In this document: positions 25,499-27,049 of the stretch, in pieces
Numbering within the stretch: the stretch's first letter is position 1
Layout of the letters: every line of letters starts with the position of its first letter
IMG/VR virus record: IMGVR_UViG_3300012943_000054
Coordinates: 1-27,049 of that record
Length of the DNA: 27,049 nt
Origin: a virus
Taxonomy: Duplodnaviria > Caudoviricetes
Reading direction: 5' to 3' (one strand)
Translations under genes and position numbers: made by a program
The notes under the pieces: generated by a model
Databases searched by the model: none
What the model saw: only the letters and a program-made list of their open reading frames with translations
Told to the model about the DNA's origin: nothing

Positions 25499-25816
25499 AT
25501 GTCAAGTGAGGGAATACTCGTGAAAGAGATTAAAGAAGCTATAAAAGAGCTAGACAAAAAGGTCGACGATCATACTAAGATTCTCGCTAGCATTGACAAA
25601 ACCTTAGCCCTTCAGGCCCAGCAGCTTGAGACGCATATGCGTCGCACCGAAGCTGCAGAAGAAAACCTTGCCCTACTCCGTGAAGACTTTAAGCCCGTTG
25701 AAGGCCACGTCGAGTTCATAAATAAATTATCTAAGTTAATAGCCCTTTCTGCAGCAGTTGCATCCGCATCGTTCGCTGCATTTGAGGCGATTAAGTGGCT
25801 TATAAGCGTATTATAA
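25499..25816 (+). CDS. Coiled-coil protein with C-terminal TM helix (XhlA/holin-like)
   Basis: N-terminal heptads and hydrophobic LIALSAAVASASFAAFEAIKWLISVL. Confidence 0.55.
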   Translation: MSSEGILVKEIKEAIKELDKKVDDHTKILASIDKTLALQAQQLETHMRRTEAAEENLALLREDFKPVEGHVEFINKLSKLIALSAAVASASFAAFEAIKWLISVL

Positions 25817-25873
25817 GCTTGATGGTTCCAGGCAATTACGCCTTGGTTCCTGTGTATCTAAAAGGAGAAACAC

Positions 25874-26188
25874 ATGGCTCTATCAGCAAAAGCAAAGAAA
25901 AGATTAGAAGTAGCAATGGCACGTCGTGCAGAAGCTAATGAAGTTATCGCAGCAATCGAAGCCCCAGGTTCGTTGAATGTTGCGGCAACGGTCGCAGCCC
26001 TTGGCGTTACAGCAGATATTACTGCTGCAGCAGGAACGTATGCACTTCCAGCAGAACCAACTGGTGCTGAAGTTGATGCAACTGTTCAAGCGGCTATTGA
26101 TGAAGTCGAAGCTCGTCTTGATGCTATCGAAGCAAAGGTCGATGAAGTTATTGCCGCTCTCAAGGCCGCAAGCTTGATGGACGTCTAA
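25874..26188 (+). CDS. Head-fibre/decoration-like protein
   Basis: AAGGAG RBS, Ala-rich, with C-terminal KVDEVIAALKAASLM resembling the trimerising helix of phage head-fibre proteins. Confidence 0.6.
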   Translation: MALSAKAKKRLEVAMARRAEANEVIAAIEAPGSLNVAATVAALGVTADITAAAGTYALPAEPTGAEVDATVQAAIDEVEARLDAIEAKVDEVIAALKAASLMDV

Positions 26189-26202
26189 TCTAGCTTAAAA
26201 AA

Positions 26203-26652
26203 CTAAGTTGAAGGCCTTGCAGAGTTGCAATACTCTGTGAGGCCTTTTACTTTTCCGGCCACATACTCTGGATTGTTCAGTTTGCGATTTCTTCCAGATG
26301 GATGGGGCATTTCGTAATACTCAACTCCAAGCATAGTTAAAGCAGTAGCTGCAGTCTTGCCCAGAGCAATAATGTGAGTTGGTTCGATGCCTTTGATATC
26401 AGAGGCAAGTCGTTCAAGATTTAACTTGATCTCCGACTTCTTCAAAGGACGATTGTCCTCAGTCTTCTTGTTAAGAACATTAAGGTGGACCTTCATTCCC
26501 TGAAGGTCCACACACCAACCGGTCAAGATCTTGCTTGATCGGGTGGACATATGAAAGGCTACGTCGCAAAAAGAAGCATTAGCAGGATTAGAACCAACGA
26601 ACAGAGTAACATTACGCTCCGACTTTGTACTCGATGTAGTAGTATCCGTCAT
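26203..26652 (-). CDS. Uracil-DNA glycosylase superfamily protein
   Basis: LFVGSNP, IIALGKTA and MPHPSGRN (UDG motif B), with a GGAG RBS inside the upstream gene. Confidence 0.78.
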   Translation of the reverse strand: MTDTTTSSTKSERNVTLFVGSNPANASFCDVAFHMSTRSSKILTGWCVDLQGMKVHLNVLNKKTEDNRPLKKSEIKLNLERLASDIKGIEPTHIIALGKTAATALTMLGVEYYEMPHPSGRNRKLNNPEYVAGKVKGLTEYCNSARPST

Positions 26653-27049
26653 CTTTCTTCTCCATAGTGACTTTTACATCTGGCATACGCATGATGTCTT
26701 CAAAATCTTTATACAGTTCCTTGACAACCACCTTTGTGATCCCGCAGTTGATCATCATGCGCATGCAGTGCTTGCAAGGGCTCATCGTACAGACGAGCAT
26801 ACAGTTCTCCATGGAGATACCATGGCGGGCGCAGTTAGCAATGAGGTTATCTTCTGCGTGGAGAATGAACTCATATTTGAGAGGTCTCGTGCAGGGTAAA
26901 GCGGTGTCAGAAGCACCACGTACAAACCCATTGAAGCCAGTAGCTAAGATAGCTCCGCTATGATTGTTCACTAGGATAGCTCCCACCTTCGTCTCAGCAT
27001 CGTGAGAACGAGCTGCGACAACAGAGGCCATATCCATGTAGTTCTTTAT
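26612..27049 (-). CDS. dCMP deaminase (start probably beyond window edge)
   Basis: KVGAILV, TGFNG, HAEDN and SPCKHC zinc-deaminase motifs. The frame is open to 27049. Confidence 0.9.
   Translation of the reverse strand: MKNYMDMASVVAARSHDAETKVGAILVNNHSGAILATGFNGFVRGASDTALPCTRPLKYEFILHAEDNLIANCARHGISMENCMLVCTMSPCKHCMRMMINCGITKVVVKELYKDFEDIMRMPDVKVTMEKKDDGYYYIEYKVGA

Noticed and set aside
1-27049. Stop-codon reassignment
   Set aside because: Genes are intact and densely packed in the standard code, and TAA, TGA and TAG all terminate genes.

Overview
This 27 kb window comes from a large tailed dsDNA bacteriophage that uses the standard genetic code. It covers the head-morphogenesis module: the terminase large subunit (5'-truncated), portal, prohead protease, scaffold, an SPO1/Twort-style major capsid protein with a strong terminator, and a head-tail adaptor. 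It also carries several acidic or His-rich putative internal head proteins, a His-repeat fibre, a permuted NlpC/P60 hydrolase, holin-like and head-fibre genes. Nucleotide and repair genes are interspersed: two TMK-like kinases, a DnaQ/RNase H-like exonuclease, a CYTH protein, a pyrimidine-dimer glycosylase-like protein, a UDG-like protein and a dCMP deaminase. The most unusual signal is an apparent protease-processed capsid cargo system. The prohead protease is a polyprotein: protease, then a cryptic signal-peptide-like segment plus lytic transglycosylase, then a copy of the mature capsid N-arm plus a zinc ribbon, with junctions at K|[A/S/G] maturation-type motifs. A putative packaged protein carries a FliA-like sigma region 2 without region 4, while a stand-alone sigma region 4-like protein and a Gre/FKBP-like protein are encoded elsewhere in the module. 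A recurrent short-spacer promoter (TAAGT-N8-10-GGTATAAT), often positioned to give leaderless mRNA, and RBS-enclosing hairpins precede the structural genes. All family calls are motif recognition by eye; no searches were run.
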